A stretch of DNA of 59,540 nt from a virus. The translations under genes and the position numbers were made by a program. The stretch is from positions 1 to 59,540 of IMG/VR virus record IMGVR_UViG_3300045988_178894, one strand, 5' to 3'. The notes beneath the pieces were generated by a model. That model had not been told where the DNA came from and ran no database searches. It saw nothing but the letters and a program-made list of their open reading frames with translations. Shown in pieces: positions 34,416 to 43,434 of this stretch (the first letter of the stretch is position 1; each line of letters opens with the position of its first letter).

Positions 34416-36032
34416 ATGACCGCGTACGAGGTCTACTCGCGGGGCGGAGCCGACAGGAGGTTCGCCCTCCGCACCGAGACCGACGCCATCCGCGGGCTCC
34501 TGCCCGCCCTCACCGGGACCGGCACCGTCATCACCCTGCGCACCGGCGAACACGCCCCCGCGGGGGCCAGATCCGGGACCATGGTGCTGCGGGAGCGGGC
34601 CGCCCTCGAAGGGGGCGTCGTCGTGCGCTCCTCGGCCGTGGGCCGGGCCCAGGCCGGTGTCGGCGACCCCCTCACCGCCACCAGTGAGCCCGGCGACCTG
34701 GCCGTGCTCATCATGGCCGCCCAGCTCCAGGCCGACCCGACGCCCTCGCCCATTCCCGAGGGCTGGACGGGGACGTGGCAGCCGCAGATCGGGGGCACCA
34801 ACCGCTCCGGCTATGTGGCCACGCGGAAGGTGACGGCCGCCACCGACACCCGCGGCGTGGAGTGGTGGGTCAAGACCAAGGCCTGGACCGCCAGGCAGAG
34901 GGCCGTGCTCGTCGTCCTGGCCGGTGTCGACGCCGACAGGGCGGCCGCCGGGCAGTGGAGCGCGGCTCTGGGCGCGGCCCCGGCGGGCGCGACGGCCCGG
35001 CTGCTCGTGTCGGCCGCCCACGGCACCAAGGACAACAGGATGGCGGCCTGGACCCTTGAAGGCGGGGCCGTCGTCGCCGACGGGCTGGCGGACGTGTCGA
35101 CCATGGAATCCTGGTCGGCGGTGCGCGTCGTGCTGGGAGGGGCGGACCGGGCCCCCGATGGCGCGGCGGCGAACCCCCCGGCCGCCTGGGCGCAGGTGGG
35201 TCTGGTGGCCCGGGCCGCCGGTGGGGGCGAGGACCTCGACGGGACGACGGTGCCCCTGTGGTTCGGCGGGGAGCAGACCCGGGCGGGGGTGTCGATCATG
35301 CCCTACGGGGCCCGGTCCACCTCGGCGCTGAAGGAGCGCAAGGGGATCGTCGTCGGGCACCGGGGCATGAGCGAGGCGGGGGATGTCGTGGAGCACACGA
35401 TGGCCGCGTACACCCGGGCGGTGGAGTGCGGTGTCGACGCCCTGGAGATCTCCTGCCACAGGACTTCGGACGGGGTGTGGTTCGCCTCGCACGACTCCAC
35501 CCTGGAGCGTTTGGGGGGCCCGTCAACGCCCATTCGGGACATGACCTGGGCTCAGGTCCAGGCGGCCTTCGCCGCTCGCCCTGAGGCCGTGCCGGTGACC
35601 CTGAAGGACTACCTGGCGACCTACGGCGCAACGCACGTGACGATCTTCGACCCCAAGACGGAGATGGCCCGGTCGGACGAGTACCTGGCCCTGCTGGCGC
35701 CGTACAAGGACCGTGTCGTCGTCAAGGCATTCGCCGATGCAGGCTGGTTGTTCGCCAAGGTCAAGCAGGCCGGGTGGGCGACGTGGGGGTACGCCTACGC
35801 CCGAAACCGGGGTCAGACCTGGTACGCGGACTTCGTGACGGCGACGAACCTGGACTTCCTGTCGATGGAGTGGGATGCGTCGGATGACGTGTGGGAGCCG
35901 CTGGTGGCCACCGGCAAGCCGGTCATCGCCCACATCCCCGCCACGGCCGCCCAGGCGGCGGAGGGCGCCCGCAAGGGTGCTGCGGGGTGCATCACGTCGC
36001 GCGCCGACCTCGTGGCCGGGCTGAAGGTGTAG
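34416..36032 (+). CDS. glycerophosphodiester phosphodiesterase (GDPD)-domain protein with tail-fibre-like N-terminus
   Basis: IVVGHRGMSEAGDVVEHTMAAY..GVDALEISCHRTSDGVWFASHDSTLERL fits the GDPD HRG..E..HD pattern. N-terminus MTAYEVYSRGGADRRFA. Confidence 0.7.
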   Translation: MTAYEVYSRGGADRRFALRTETDAIRGLLPALTGTGTVITLRTGEHAPAGARSGTMVLRERAALEGGVVVRSSAVGRAQAGVGDPLTATSEPGDLAVLIMAAQLQADPTPSPIPEGWTGTWQPQIGGTNRSGYVATRKVTAATDTRGVEWWVKTKAWTARQRAVLVVLAGVDADRAAAGQWSAALGAAPAGATARLLVSAAHGTKDNRMAAWTLEGGAVVADGLADVSTMESWSAVRVVLGGADRAPDGAAANPPAAWAQVGLVARAAGGGEDLDGTTVPLWFGGEQTRAGVSIMPYGARSTSALKERKGIVVGHRGMSEAGDVVEHTMAAYTRAVECGVDALEISCHRTSDGVWFASHDSTLERLGGPSTPIRDMTWAQVQAAFAARPEAVPVTLKDYLATYGATHVTIFDPKTEMARSDEYLALLAPYKDRVVVKAFADAGWLFAKVKQAGWATWGYAYARNRGQTWYADFVTATNLDFLSMEWDASDDVWEPLVATGKPVIAHIPATAAQAAEGARKGAAGCITSRADLVAGLKV

Positions 36033-36073
36033 TACGCTTGCCCGGCGGGCTTCTCATCTCTCTTCCCCCGCAC

Positions 36074-36107
36074 GCCCCCGGTGTCGACCGTCTACGACAC
36101 CGGGGGC
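36074..36107 (+). terminator. stem-loop
   Basis: gcccccggtgtcg / cgacaccgggggc is a perfect 13-bp stem with an 8-nt loop. Confidence 0.65.
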
Positions 36108-36113
36108 ACTCGT

Positions 36114-36142
36114 TTGCAGAAAACAGATGTATACTGTATGCT
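36114..36142 (+). promoter_or_regulatory. candidate promoter TTGCAG-N17-TATGCT
   Basis: Immediately after the terminator and about 50 nt upstream of GTG 36192. The spacer and -10 contain tgtatac/tgtatgc/tgta repeats. Confidence 0.5.
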
Positions 36143-36191
36143 GTAGTCACGGCCCGGGACGGAACGGGCCCGGAAGAGAGGAAGATGCAGC

Positions 36192-36782
36192 GTGAGCAGG
36201 ATCAACGAGAGACGAGCCGAGATTCTCGCCAGGGCCAGGGAGCGCAGGGCGGAGATCGCCCACACGGCGCCGTCCGAGAACACCTTGCGCCGACGGGACC
36301 AGGTCAAGCGCGTCAAGGGCCTTCTTCGCGAGTTCATCCTCGATCACGGCATCGAGATCAAGGATGCGGGTCGGGCCCTGGGGTACGAGTCCACCGCCCG
36401 TCTGCCCCGCCACCTCAGCCGTGGCATGATCGACCTTGAGGATCTCCTGGCGATGGCCGAGTACTTCGAGGACCTCGACATCACTGCCATCCTTCGCGAC
36501 GTCATCATCGGTGCTGACCTCCGCCCCGACGAGGCGCAGGCCCGCCGGGAGGGGACGATCACCCCCGACGGCGAGAGGATCGCGATCGAGGCCCCGAAGG
36601 AGGAGGTATCCCCCGCGACCACGTCCGCGCCGTCTGCCCCCTCGCCGCAGGAGGGGGACGTCGAGGAGATCGTGATCATCCAGCCCGACGCCGTCGCCCC
36701 GCCGCAGGAGGATGACGAGCCCTCACTCGACACCGACGAGGGGTTGCAGGCCTGGGCCAACCGGTTCGGGTTCGCCATGTGA
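36192..36782 (+). CDS. helix-turn-helix DNA-binding protein
   Basis: GTG start 7 nt after AGAGGAAG. HTH-like IKDAGRALGYESTARLPRHLSRG. Acidic, Pro-rich C-terminal half. Confidence 0.6.
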   Translation: MSRINERRAEILARARERRAEIAHTAPSENTLRRRDQVKRVKGLLREFILDHGIEIKDAGRALGYESTARLPRHLSRGMIDLEDLLAMAEYFEDLDITAILRDVIIGADLRPDEAQARREGTITPDGERIAIEAPKEEVSPATTSAPSAPSPQEGDVEEIVIIQPDAVAPPQEDDEPSLDTDEGLQAWANRFGFAM

Positions 36783-36842
36783 CGGCTTGACAGACGCCCG
36801 ACGGGGTGGGAGTATCTCCTCGGGAGACGGCATACACCCCAG

Positions 36843-36871
36843 CCCCCGGCACCAGCGGACGGTGCCGGGGG
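36843..36871 (+). terminator. stem-loop followed by a T-rich stretch
   Basis: cccccggcacc / ggtgccggggg is a perfect 11-bp stem, followed by ttgttct. Confidence 0.6.
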
Positions 36872-36889
36872 TTGTTCTATACTCGGGGC

Positions 36890-37066
36890 ATGGGATGGGA
36901 CATCAACGAGGTTCGGGTCGACACGCTGCTACCGGACGACCCCCGGCTCCATATTGGCACCATCACAGCCGACAAGGTTCGCGCGGGAAGTTTCGATCTG
37001 GGCGCATATCTCACCGAGGAGCAGATCGCGTACCTTCGTCGCGCCGTCATGAAGGGCTCCTCCTGA
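36890..37066 (+). CDS. hypothetical protein (possibly leaderless)
   Basis: ATG 36890 (MGWDINEV). TATACT at 36878..36883 lies 6 nt upstream and there is no SD. Confidence 0.5.
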   Translation: MGWDINEVRVDTLLPDDPRLHIGTITADKVRAGSFDLGAYLTEEQIAYLRRAVMKGSS

Positions 37067-37254
37067 TGCTCGCCGCCGTCGCGATCATAGCGCTGCTCAC
37101 AGGACTCGCCCTCGGCCTCATCGCCGGGGTCCATTGGAAGGGGAAGGTGGACGATGAAAGGCTTAGTGGATTCCTCACCGAGCTCGAAGCCACGGCGGAC
37201 CGGGTCGCAGTCCAGGCCCGCGAAGACGCCATCGAGCGGGCGGGGCGCTATTAA
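37066..37254 (+). CDS. small membrane protein
   Basis: ATG overlaps the upstream TGA by 1 nt. TM segment MLAAVAIIALLTGLALGLIAGV. Confidence 0.5.
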   Translation: MLAAVAIIALLTGLALGLIAGVHWKGKVDDERLSGFLTELEATADRVAVQAREDAIERAGRY

Positions 37255-37288
37255 GCGCGTCGTCGACGCGCCGCCCCCCACCGAGGGC

Positions 37289-37852
37289 GTGGTGGCCCGC
37301 AGGAGCGTGACCGAGGAGCAGGTCGACGAGGCCAAGCGGAACCTGGTCGTCAACGCCCTCCTCAAGGGGGGCACCCGGGGGGATGTCGCCCACCAGGCGG
37401 GGCTGAGCGAGGCCCAGGTCTTCCGCATCGAGGAGGAGTACTACACGGGGCAGGCCATGCTATCCGAGCACGCCCGCCTCATGAAGCAGCTGGCCCGTCT
37501 CGACCGGATTCTGGGCATGCTCGACGCCCGTGTGCAGTCCGCGCTTCTGGCCAACCCCGACGCTGACCCCAAGTATTTCGAAGCCCTTCTCAAGGCCATC
37601 GACCAGGTGTCGGACCTCATGGGCCTGAAGAAGACCCGGATCCAGACTGAGGTGCGAGTCATCGAGGAGCGGCAGGTCAACATCATCGTCGCCTTCACCC
37701 GCTCCGTCGTCGAGGCCATGGAGGCCCACCTGCGGCCCATGCTCACCATGGCGGGGCGCGAGCAGCTGGAGGCCAAGCGCGAGGAGTGGCTGGCGCAGGC
37801 CACACAGGCCAGCGCGGAGATCCTTGAGGCCACCGCCCCCATGGAGCTGTGA
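37289..37852 (+). CDS. terminase small subunit (start uncertain: GTG 37289, 37292 or 37307)
   Basis: HTH-like KGGTRGDVAHQAGLSEAQVFRIE followed by long helical segments. Directly precedes the large terminase. Confidence 0.55.
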   Translation: MVARRSVTEEQVDEAKRNLVVNALLKGGTRGDVAHQAGLSEAQVFRIEEEYYTGQAMLSEHARLMKQLARLDRILGMLDARVQSALLANPDADPKYFEALLKAIDQVSDLMGLKKTRIQTEVRVIEERQVNIIVAFTRSVVEAMEAHLRPMLTMAGREQLEAKREEWLAQATQASAEILEATAPMEL

Positions 37853-37856
37853 GCGC

Positions 37857-40451
37857 ATGACACCTGTTCTGGATTTTCGGGCCGTTGCCGCCTCGTTCGG
37901 TGAGGGGGCCCGGGCGGAGCGCCTAGCCCGGGACCCGGTGGCCTGGGTGGAGGAGCGCCTGGGGGAGTTCCTGTGGTCCAAGCAGCGGGAGATCGTCCGC
38001 TCTGTCGTGGAGAACAAGCGGACGATGGTGGCTTCTTGTCACTCCGCGGGCAAGGGGGCGAGCGTGGACACGCTCCTGCTCACGACAGAGGGTTGGAAGA
38101 CCTACGGCACTGTCCGTGTCGGGGACCGGGTCTTCAACGAGGACGGGAAGCCCGTCGCTGTTACGGCCAAGAAGGTCTGGCCGGGCAGACCCCACTATCG
38201 CGTCGAGTTTGGCGACGGGGCCGCGGGTGTGTTCGACGGCGCCCATGAGTGGGAGGCCATCTATCTGAACCGCCGTCCTCGGAAGGTTCGGGACTGGCGC
38301 GACCACTGGAGTTCCGCCGAGCGGGTTGAGACCCAGTACATCGCCGCGCATCTGCGCACCGACGCCGGGCAGCTCGCCTACCGGGTCCCCTTGGCGCGGG
38401 CACTGCGCACAACTGGTACGGCCCCGGATATCGACCCCTACCTGCTGGGCTACTGGCTCGGCGACGGAACCCGGGGGGCCGGGGCGATCACGTTCGACGA
38501 CCGGGATGAGAGCCATCTGGCTGCCGAGTGCGAACGGGCGGGGCACCCCCTCCTGCCGACGCGCATGCAGGACAGCGAGCACGGGCGAGCGGCAACCCCC
38601 CGGCTGTTGAGGCTCAAGCTTCGGGATGTCGGCGTCTTGGATGACAAGCACGTACCCGAATCGGTTCAGCGGGCGCCCCTGGAGTACAGGCTCGCTGTGG
38701 TGCAGGGCCTGCTCGACTCCGACGGCTTCGTGGCCAATAACGGGGTCTCGGTCGGGCTGGATCTGTGCAATGAGCGGCTGGCCGTCGGACTGATTGAGCT
38801 CATCCGCGGCTTGGGGACCAGCGTGCAGGGGCGTCCTGGTCCGGCCAAGCTCTACGGGCGTCAGACCAGTACTCGGTGGCGCATGAACTTCACCCCGGTC
38901 GGTTGGGAGCCGTTCCGGCTCGCCCGTAAGAGGGATGCCTTCAGGGGTGCGCGGACCAGCAGACCGACGCAGCGAACGATTGAGAAGTGCGAGTACGTCG
39001 GTGTCGGGGACACCGTGTGCATCGAGGTTGAGGGACCCTCGCACCTGTACCTCACAGGGCGCGACCTGGTGCCCACGCACAACTCTCACCTCGCCTCGCG
39101 AGTAATAAGTTGGTGGCTCGACACCAAGGACGTCTCACCCACCGAAACACGAGTCATCACCACCGCCCCCTCCTGGAACCAGGTCGCCAACGTCATGTGG
39201 GCCTACGTCAAGGAAGTCCAGGACAAGCTCCACATGCCCGGCAACATCACAGCCAAAGCCACCTGGACCTTCCCCGGCTACAAGGCGCCCACCGCCTACG
39301 GACGCAAACCCTCCGACTACGACGAATCCTCCTTCCAGGGCATCCACGCCACCAACGTGCTCGTCGTCGTCGACGAGGCCGGAGGCGTGCCCGAGTCGAT
39401 CTTCACCTCCGTCGAGGCCATCACCACCAACGCCAACGCCCGCATCCTCGCCATCGCCAACCCCGACGACCCCGGCTCCTACATGGCCAAGGTCTGGCGC
39501 GAAGAATCCAAGAAGGCCCCCGAGGACCGCAGATGGAACCTCATCACCATCTCCGCCTTCGACACCCCCAACTTCACCGGCGAGGACGTGCCCGAGAGGG
39601 CCCGCACCAATCTGTTGCAACAGGAATGGGTTGAGGACGCCCGCGTGCGCTGGGGCGAGACCGACCCCCGCTGGCAGGCCAAGGTCCTCGCCCAGTTCCC
39701 CGACGTCGGCGAGGACGGCCTGTTCAACCTCGGACGAGTGCTCGTGTCCATGAACGGGTACGCGGACTTCGAGGAGCACGACGACCGGAAGGTGCTCGGC
39801 GTCGACGTCGGCCTGTCCATCACCGGCGACTACTCCGTCATCGCCCTCAACCGGGGCGGGCGCGTGTCGATCCTCGACAAGGTCAAGGGGTATGACGGCA
39901 ACAAGCTCGCCAGGCTCATCGGGCAGCGGGTCAAGGAGCTGGGCGGTGTCGACGAGATCCGCATCGACGCCGTCGGCGTGGGCCGGGGAGTGCAGGCCGT
40001 CCTCGACAACCACCTGCCCGAGGGCACCCTGGTGCGCTGGATCGTCGGCAACGCCGCGTCGCCCAACAAGCTCAAGTGGTACAACTTCCGGGCCGCCATG
40101 TACGACTCCGTCTCCGAGCTCATCAACGAGGGCGCCCTGGCCATCCCCCCGGAGGACACCTCCGACGAGCGCACGCGGGGCCTGTACGACGAGTTCCGCA
40201 CCATCAAGTACGAGTACCGCGGAACCGCCCTGCTCATCGAGTCCAAGGACTCGCTCAAGAGGCGCGGTGAATCCTCGCCCGACACCATCGACGCCATCTG
40301 CTACGCCTCCATGCCCGCCGAGGTCATCGACGGTGGCGGCAAGGATCCGATACTCGAACTCACCCTGGACACCGCCGCAGGGCCCCGTGTCGACGAGAGC
40401 CCGATCATCGACGAGTGGGGCAACGAGGCCTGGTCCTTCGCCCCGGCGTGA
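37857..40451 (+). CDS. terminase large subunit, interrupted by an intein
   Basis: ATG 37857. P-loop region SCHSAGKGA...; Walker B VLVVVDEAGG; AIANPDDP; nuclease-type C-terminal half. Confidence 0.85.
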   Translation: MTPVLDFRAVAASFGEGARAERLARDPVAWVEERLGEFLWSKQREIVRSVVENKRTMVASCHSAGKGASVDTLLLTTEGWKTYGTVRVGDRVFNEDGKPVAVTAKKVWPGRPHYRVEFGDGAAGVFDGAHEWEAIYLNRRPRKVRDWRDHWSSAERVETQYIAAHLRTDAGQLAYRVPLARALRTTGTAPDIDPYLLGYWLGDGTRGAGAITFDDRDESHLAAECERAGHPLLPTRMQDSEHGRAATPRLLRLKLRDVGVLDDKHVPESVQRAPLEYRLAVVQGLLDSDGFVANNGVSVGLDLCNERLAVGLIELIRGLGTSVQGRPGPAKLYGRQTSTRWRMNFTPVGWEPFRLARKRDAFRGARTSRPTQRTIEKCEYVGVGDTVCIEVEGPSHLYLTGRDLVPTHNSHLASRVISWWLDTKDVSPTETRVITTAPSWNQVANVMWAYVKEVQDKLHMPGNITAKATWTFPGYKAPTAYGRKPSDYDESSFQGIHATNVLVVVDEAGGVPESIFTSVEAITTNANARILAIANPDDPGSYMAKVWREESKKAPEDRRWNLITISAFDTPNFTGEDVPERARTNLLQQEWVEDARVRWGETDPRWQAKVLAQFPDVGEDGLFNLGRVLVSMNGYADFEEHDDRKVLGVDVGLSITGDYSVIALNRGGRVSILDKVKGYDGNKLARLIGQRVKELGGVDEIRIDAVGVGRGVQAVLDNHLPEGTLVRWIVGNAASPNKLKWYNFRAAMYDSVSELINEGALAIPPEDTSDERTRGLYDEFRTIKYEYRGTALLIESKDSLKRRGESSPDTIDAICYASMPAEVIDGGGKDPILELTLDTAAGPRVDESPIIDEWGNEAWSFAPA
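38061..39083 (+). mobile_element. intein with LAGLIDADG homing-endonuclease domain (about 341 aa; N-junction +/- a few codons)
   Basis: SVDTLLLTTEGW..VGDRV (N-splicing block), LLGYWLGDGTRG and VVQGLLDSDGFV (LAGLIDADG pair). C-terminal LVPTHN followed by Ser +1. Inserted in the ATPase P-loop. Confidence 0.8.
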
Positions 40452-40496
40452 CGGGATAGTATAGCCGCGGAACAAAAAGAGGAAGAAGGAGGGGCC

Positions 40497-41924
40497 GTGG
40501 GCGTCATCCGGTGGCTGGAGCGGTTCGGGACCGACGGGCGCGCAGAAGCGGCCATGGAATCCGCCGCCCGGGCGTTCTCCGACACGGCGGACGCCCTGAC
40601 CCGGGCGTCCTTCAGACAAGAGGACGTCGGTTGGTACGACCCCTCCGGACGCGCCTCCGACCTCGTGCCCCTGAGCGTCATCAAGGAGCACTCCATCCGC
40701 TCGCGGCGCCTGGCCACCTACAACACCATCGTCAAGCGCGGCATCAACATCCGAAACGCCTACATGTGGACCGACGTGCCCGAACCCCGCAAGATCCCCA
40801 AGCGGGCCGCCGAACGCCTCGACGCCGTACTGCTCGGCCGGGAGGCCCGGGTGCGCGACGAGGCCGCCTTCAACACCGACGGCATGGTCATCTACAGGGT
40901 GTCACCCGGCGGGAACGTGGCGCCCGTGCCCATCACCCGCGTGCAGGGCATTGCCCGGGCCGAGGACGCCCTCGAAGAGGCCGACATCCACGCCCTGCTC
41001 ATCACCCCCGTGCCCCTGGAGGACCCCTCGCGGGCCACCCTCCCCGACCCCGAATGGGTCATCCTCGACGGCAAGCCCCGCGTCGACGTCGTCGACCAGG
41101 GCGGCTACAAGACCAACAAGACCGACGTGCTCGTTGTGGCTTGCGTCAACCGCCTCGCCGGGGAGCAGTGGGGCAAGCCCGACCTCATGGGCGCCGTGTA
41201 CTGGGCTCAGGCCTACAAGGAGTACCTGGAGGCCGGGCACGTCCTGGCCAAGGCGCTCGCCCGCGTCGCCTTCAAGGTCAAGTCCACCACCTCCGCTCAG
41301 CAGCAGGCGGTCATAGACAAGATGTCCACCCTCCAGGGCACGGGGGCCACCGCCTCGCTCGGCGCCGACCAGGACCTCCTGGCCGTGTCGAAGGCCGGGG
41401 CCGGGATCGAGTTCTCCGCCGGGACGCCCCTGGCCGCCATGGTCGCCGCCGCCCTCGACGTGCCCCTGTCCGTCCTGCTCACCGACGGATCCGCCGGGGG
41501 GCGCCAGGGCGCCGAGACCGCCCTGGAGGAGCCCACCTTCAAGGCCCTGGAGCTTCGGCGTCAGGTGCACAAGGACCTGGTGAAGCGGGTGCTCCGGGCC
41601 GCCGGGTTCAAGACCGAGGTGGACCTGGCGCCCCTGTCCAACGACCTCATCCAGCGCTGGGGGCAGGTCGTCACGCTCGGCCTCCAGAACGGCATCCTGC
41701 ACCGCGTCGAGGCCCGCGAGCTGTTCCTGCGCCGCTTCGCCCCCGTGAACGCCAAGCCGGTGTCGGCGCTGCCCGACTGGGAGGACCTGTCCGCTCCGCA
41801 GCATCAGCTCGGCTCGGGCGAGGAAGAGGACCAGGGCAAGGAGGACGGCAACACGGGGGTCGGGCCACTTTCCGACGGGACGAACTCCTCGCGCGACGGC
41901 GAGGGCAAGACGACCAACGCCTGA
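40497..41924 (+). CDS. portal protein
   Basis: 475 aa. GTG after AGAGGAAGAAGGAGG. Position after the large terminase. Acidic C-terminal tail. Confidence 0.75.
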   Translation: MGVIRWLERFGTDGRAEAAMESAARAFSDTADALTRASFRQEDVGWYDPSGRASDLVPLSVIKEHSIRSRRLATYNTIVKRGINIRNAYMWTDVPEPRKIPKRAAERLDAVLLGREARVRDEAAFNTDGMVIYRVSPGGNVAPVPITRVQGIARAEDALEEADIHALLITPVPLEDPSRATLPDPEWVILDGKPRVDVVDQGGYKTNKTDVLVVACVNRLAGEQWGKPDLMGAVYWAQAYKEYLEAGHVLAKALARVAFKVKSTTSAQQQAVIDKMSTLQGTGATASLGADQDLLAVSKAGAGIEFSAGTPLAAMVAAALDVPLSVLLTDGSAGGRQGAETALEEPTFKALELRRQVHKDLVKRVLRAAGFKTEVDLAPLSNDLIQRWGQVVTLGLQNGILHRVEARELFLRRFAPVNAKPVSALPDWEDLSAPQHQLGSGEEEDQGKEDGNTGVGPLSDGTNSSRDGEGKTTNA

Positions 41925-41962
41925 TGCACCGCGCTGTATATTAGTTCACCGGGAGGACAAAC

Positions 41963-42892
41963 ATGACGCGAACCTACTTCCGCCTCAACCAGGGCAGCGC
42001 CCTGCTGGAGGCCAAGAAGCCGGGCGAGAAGGACGACGGCGCCGGACGGTACCGCATCCGCATCATCGCGCCCGGACGCGGGTCCACCGGCATGTACACC
42101 GCCCCCAACCTCGCCGAATCCGCGCCCCTGTTCACGCCCGGCACCCACATGTTTGTCGACCACCAGACGATGACCGAGGACTGGGAGCGCCCGGAGCGCT
42201 CGGTGCGCGACCTCGCCGGGGTCTTCGAATCCGGGGCCGAGATCATGCCCGACGGGTCACTGGAGGCCGACATCAAGGTCTACCCCTCCGTCAACGGGAT
42301 CATCCGCGAACGGTGGACGGATATCGGCGTGTCGATCAACGGCTGGTCCGTTGAGGAAATAGGGCCCGACGGCGTCGTGCCCGTCCTCGCCGGGATCCAG
42401 TCCGTCGACTTTGTCACCAGGGCCGGAGCCAAGGGCGCCGTCCTGGAGGTCCTCGAATCCGACGGCCGCTGGCGCGTCAAGAACCCCCCCACCCCGTCCA
42501 ACCCCACCAACACCAATGTTCAGGAGGAACAGGCCGTGAAGCCGGAGGATATCTGCAAGGCGGTGTCGGAGGCTCTTGCGGCCGCCATGCCCGCCGCCAT
42601 CAAGGAGGCCGCCGCCATGCTCGCGGCGGACCAGGAGAAGAAGGCCGTCGAGGCTGAGAAGAAGGCGCCCGCCGTCGACCCCTACGAGGCCGCCGCAAAG
42701 GTCGCCGAGGCCGACGACCTGCCCAAGGAGGCCCGCGCCCGCGTCATGGAGGCCGTCAAGCGCGGCGCCGGTGTCGACGACGCCATCGAGGCCGAGCGCG
42801 CCTACATCAAGGCCATCGCCCCCGCGCCCGTCGCCCGCGAGACCGGTTCGGGCGGCGCCGACGATGTCCAGGTCACCTCCTGGGCCAAGTGA
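41963..42892 (+). CDS. capsid scaffolding / maturation-protease-like protein
   Basis: RIRIIAPGRGSTGMYTAPNLAESAPLFTPGTHMFVDH N-terminal block. Ala/Glu/Lys-rich helical C-terminal half. Position between portal and capsid genes. Confidence 0.6.
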   Translation: MTRTYFRLNQGSALLEAKKPGEKDDGAGRYRIRIIAPGRGSTGMYTAPNLAESAPLFTPGTHMFVDHQTMTEDWERPERSVRDLAGVFESGAEIMPDGSLEADIKVYPSVNGIIRERWTDIGVSINGWSVEEIGPDGVVPVLAGIQSVDFVTRAGAKGAVLEVLESDGRWRVKNPPTPSNPTNTNVQEEQAVKPEDICKAVSEALAAAMPAAIKEAAAMLAADQEKKAVEAEKKAPAVDPYEAAAKVAEADDLPKEARARVMEAVKRGAGVDDAIEAERAYIKAIAPAPVARETGSGGADDVQVTSWAK

Positions 42893-42911
42893 ACGAAAGG
42901 GCTGAACGAAC

Positions 42912-43409
42912 ATGATCGGAATCAACGAGTTCGGCGGTCGGAAGATCTCCGACATCCAGGTCTTCGAGTACACCGACACCCTCTCCCTGCCCGTCAGCAA
43001 GACCGACTACGGCCGCAGCCACATCGGCGACATCGTCAAGGTCGGCGGCATCGTCGGCCTCCTCGTCACCGAGATCGCCGCCACCCCCGAGGAGATCAAG
43101 AAGGCCGTCAAGGCCGTCGAGGACGCGGGCGGCACCTATATCCCCGCCACCAAGCCCACCGGCGGCTTCAACGCCCCCGGCTACGCCTCCGTGCGCATCA
43201 GGGGCGGCGTGTTCAAGATGAGCGTCAAGCACTCCGGCGCCGTCAAGGTCGGCTCCCCCGTCTACGCCGAGAAGCTCACCGACGGCCGCCACGCCATCTC
43301 CACGACCAAGGCGGCTGACGGCTTCCTCGTCGGCTACCTGTACAACGCCCTGCCCGCGCAGGGGGCGGAGCACGTCGTGCCCGTCATCTTCGACCCGACC
43401 GCCCGCTGA
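42912..43409 (+). CDS. DUF2190-like head decoration/accessory protein
   Basis: 165 aa. Location immediately upstream of the major capsid gene. Gly/Val-rich beta-type composition. Confidence 0.45.
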   Translation: MIGINEFGGRKISDIQVFEYTDTLSLPVSKTDYGRSHIGDIVKVGGIVGLLVTEIAATPEEIKKAVKAVEDAGGTYIPATKPTGGFNAPGYASVRIRGGVFKMSVKHSGAVKVGSPVYAEKLTDGRHAISTTKAADGFLVGYLYNALPAQGAEHVVPVIFDPTAR

Positions 43410-43434
43410 TCGCGGACCGGGAAAGGAGTAACCC

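Noticed and set aside
37154-37288. ATG 37154 as the small-terminase start.
   Set aside because: It would overlap the membrane-protein gene 37066..37254 by about 100 nt, and the N-terminal translation (Ser/Pro/Arg-rich) looks off-frame. An internal GTG is preferred, though the exact start is uncertain.
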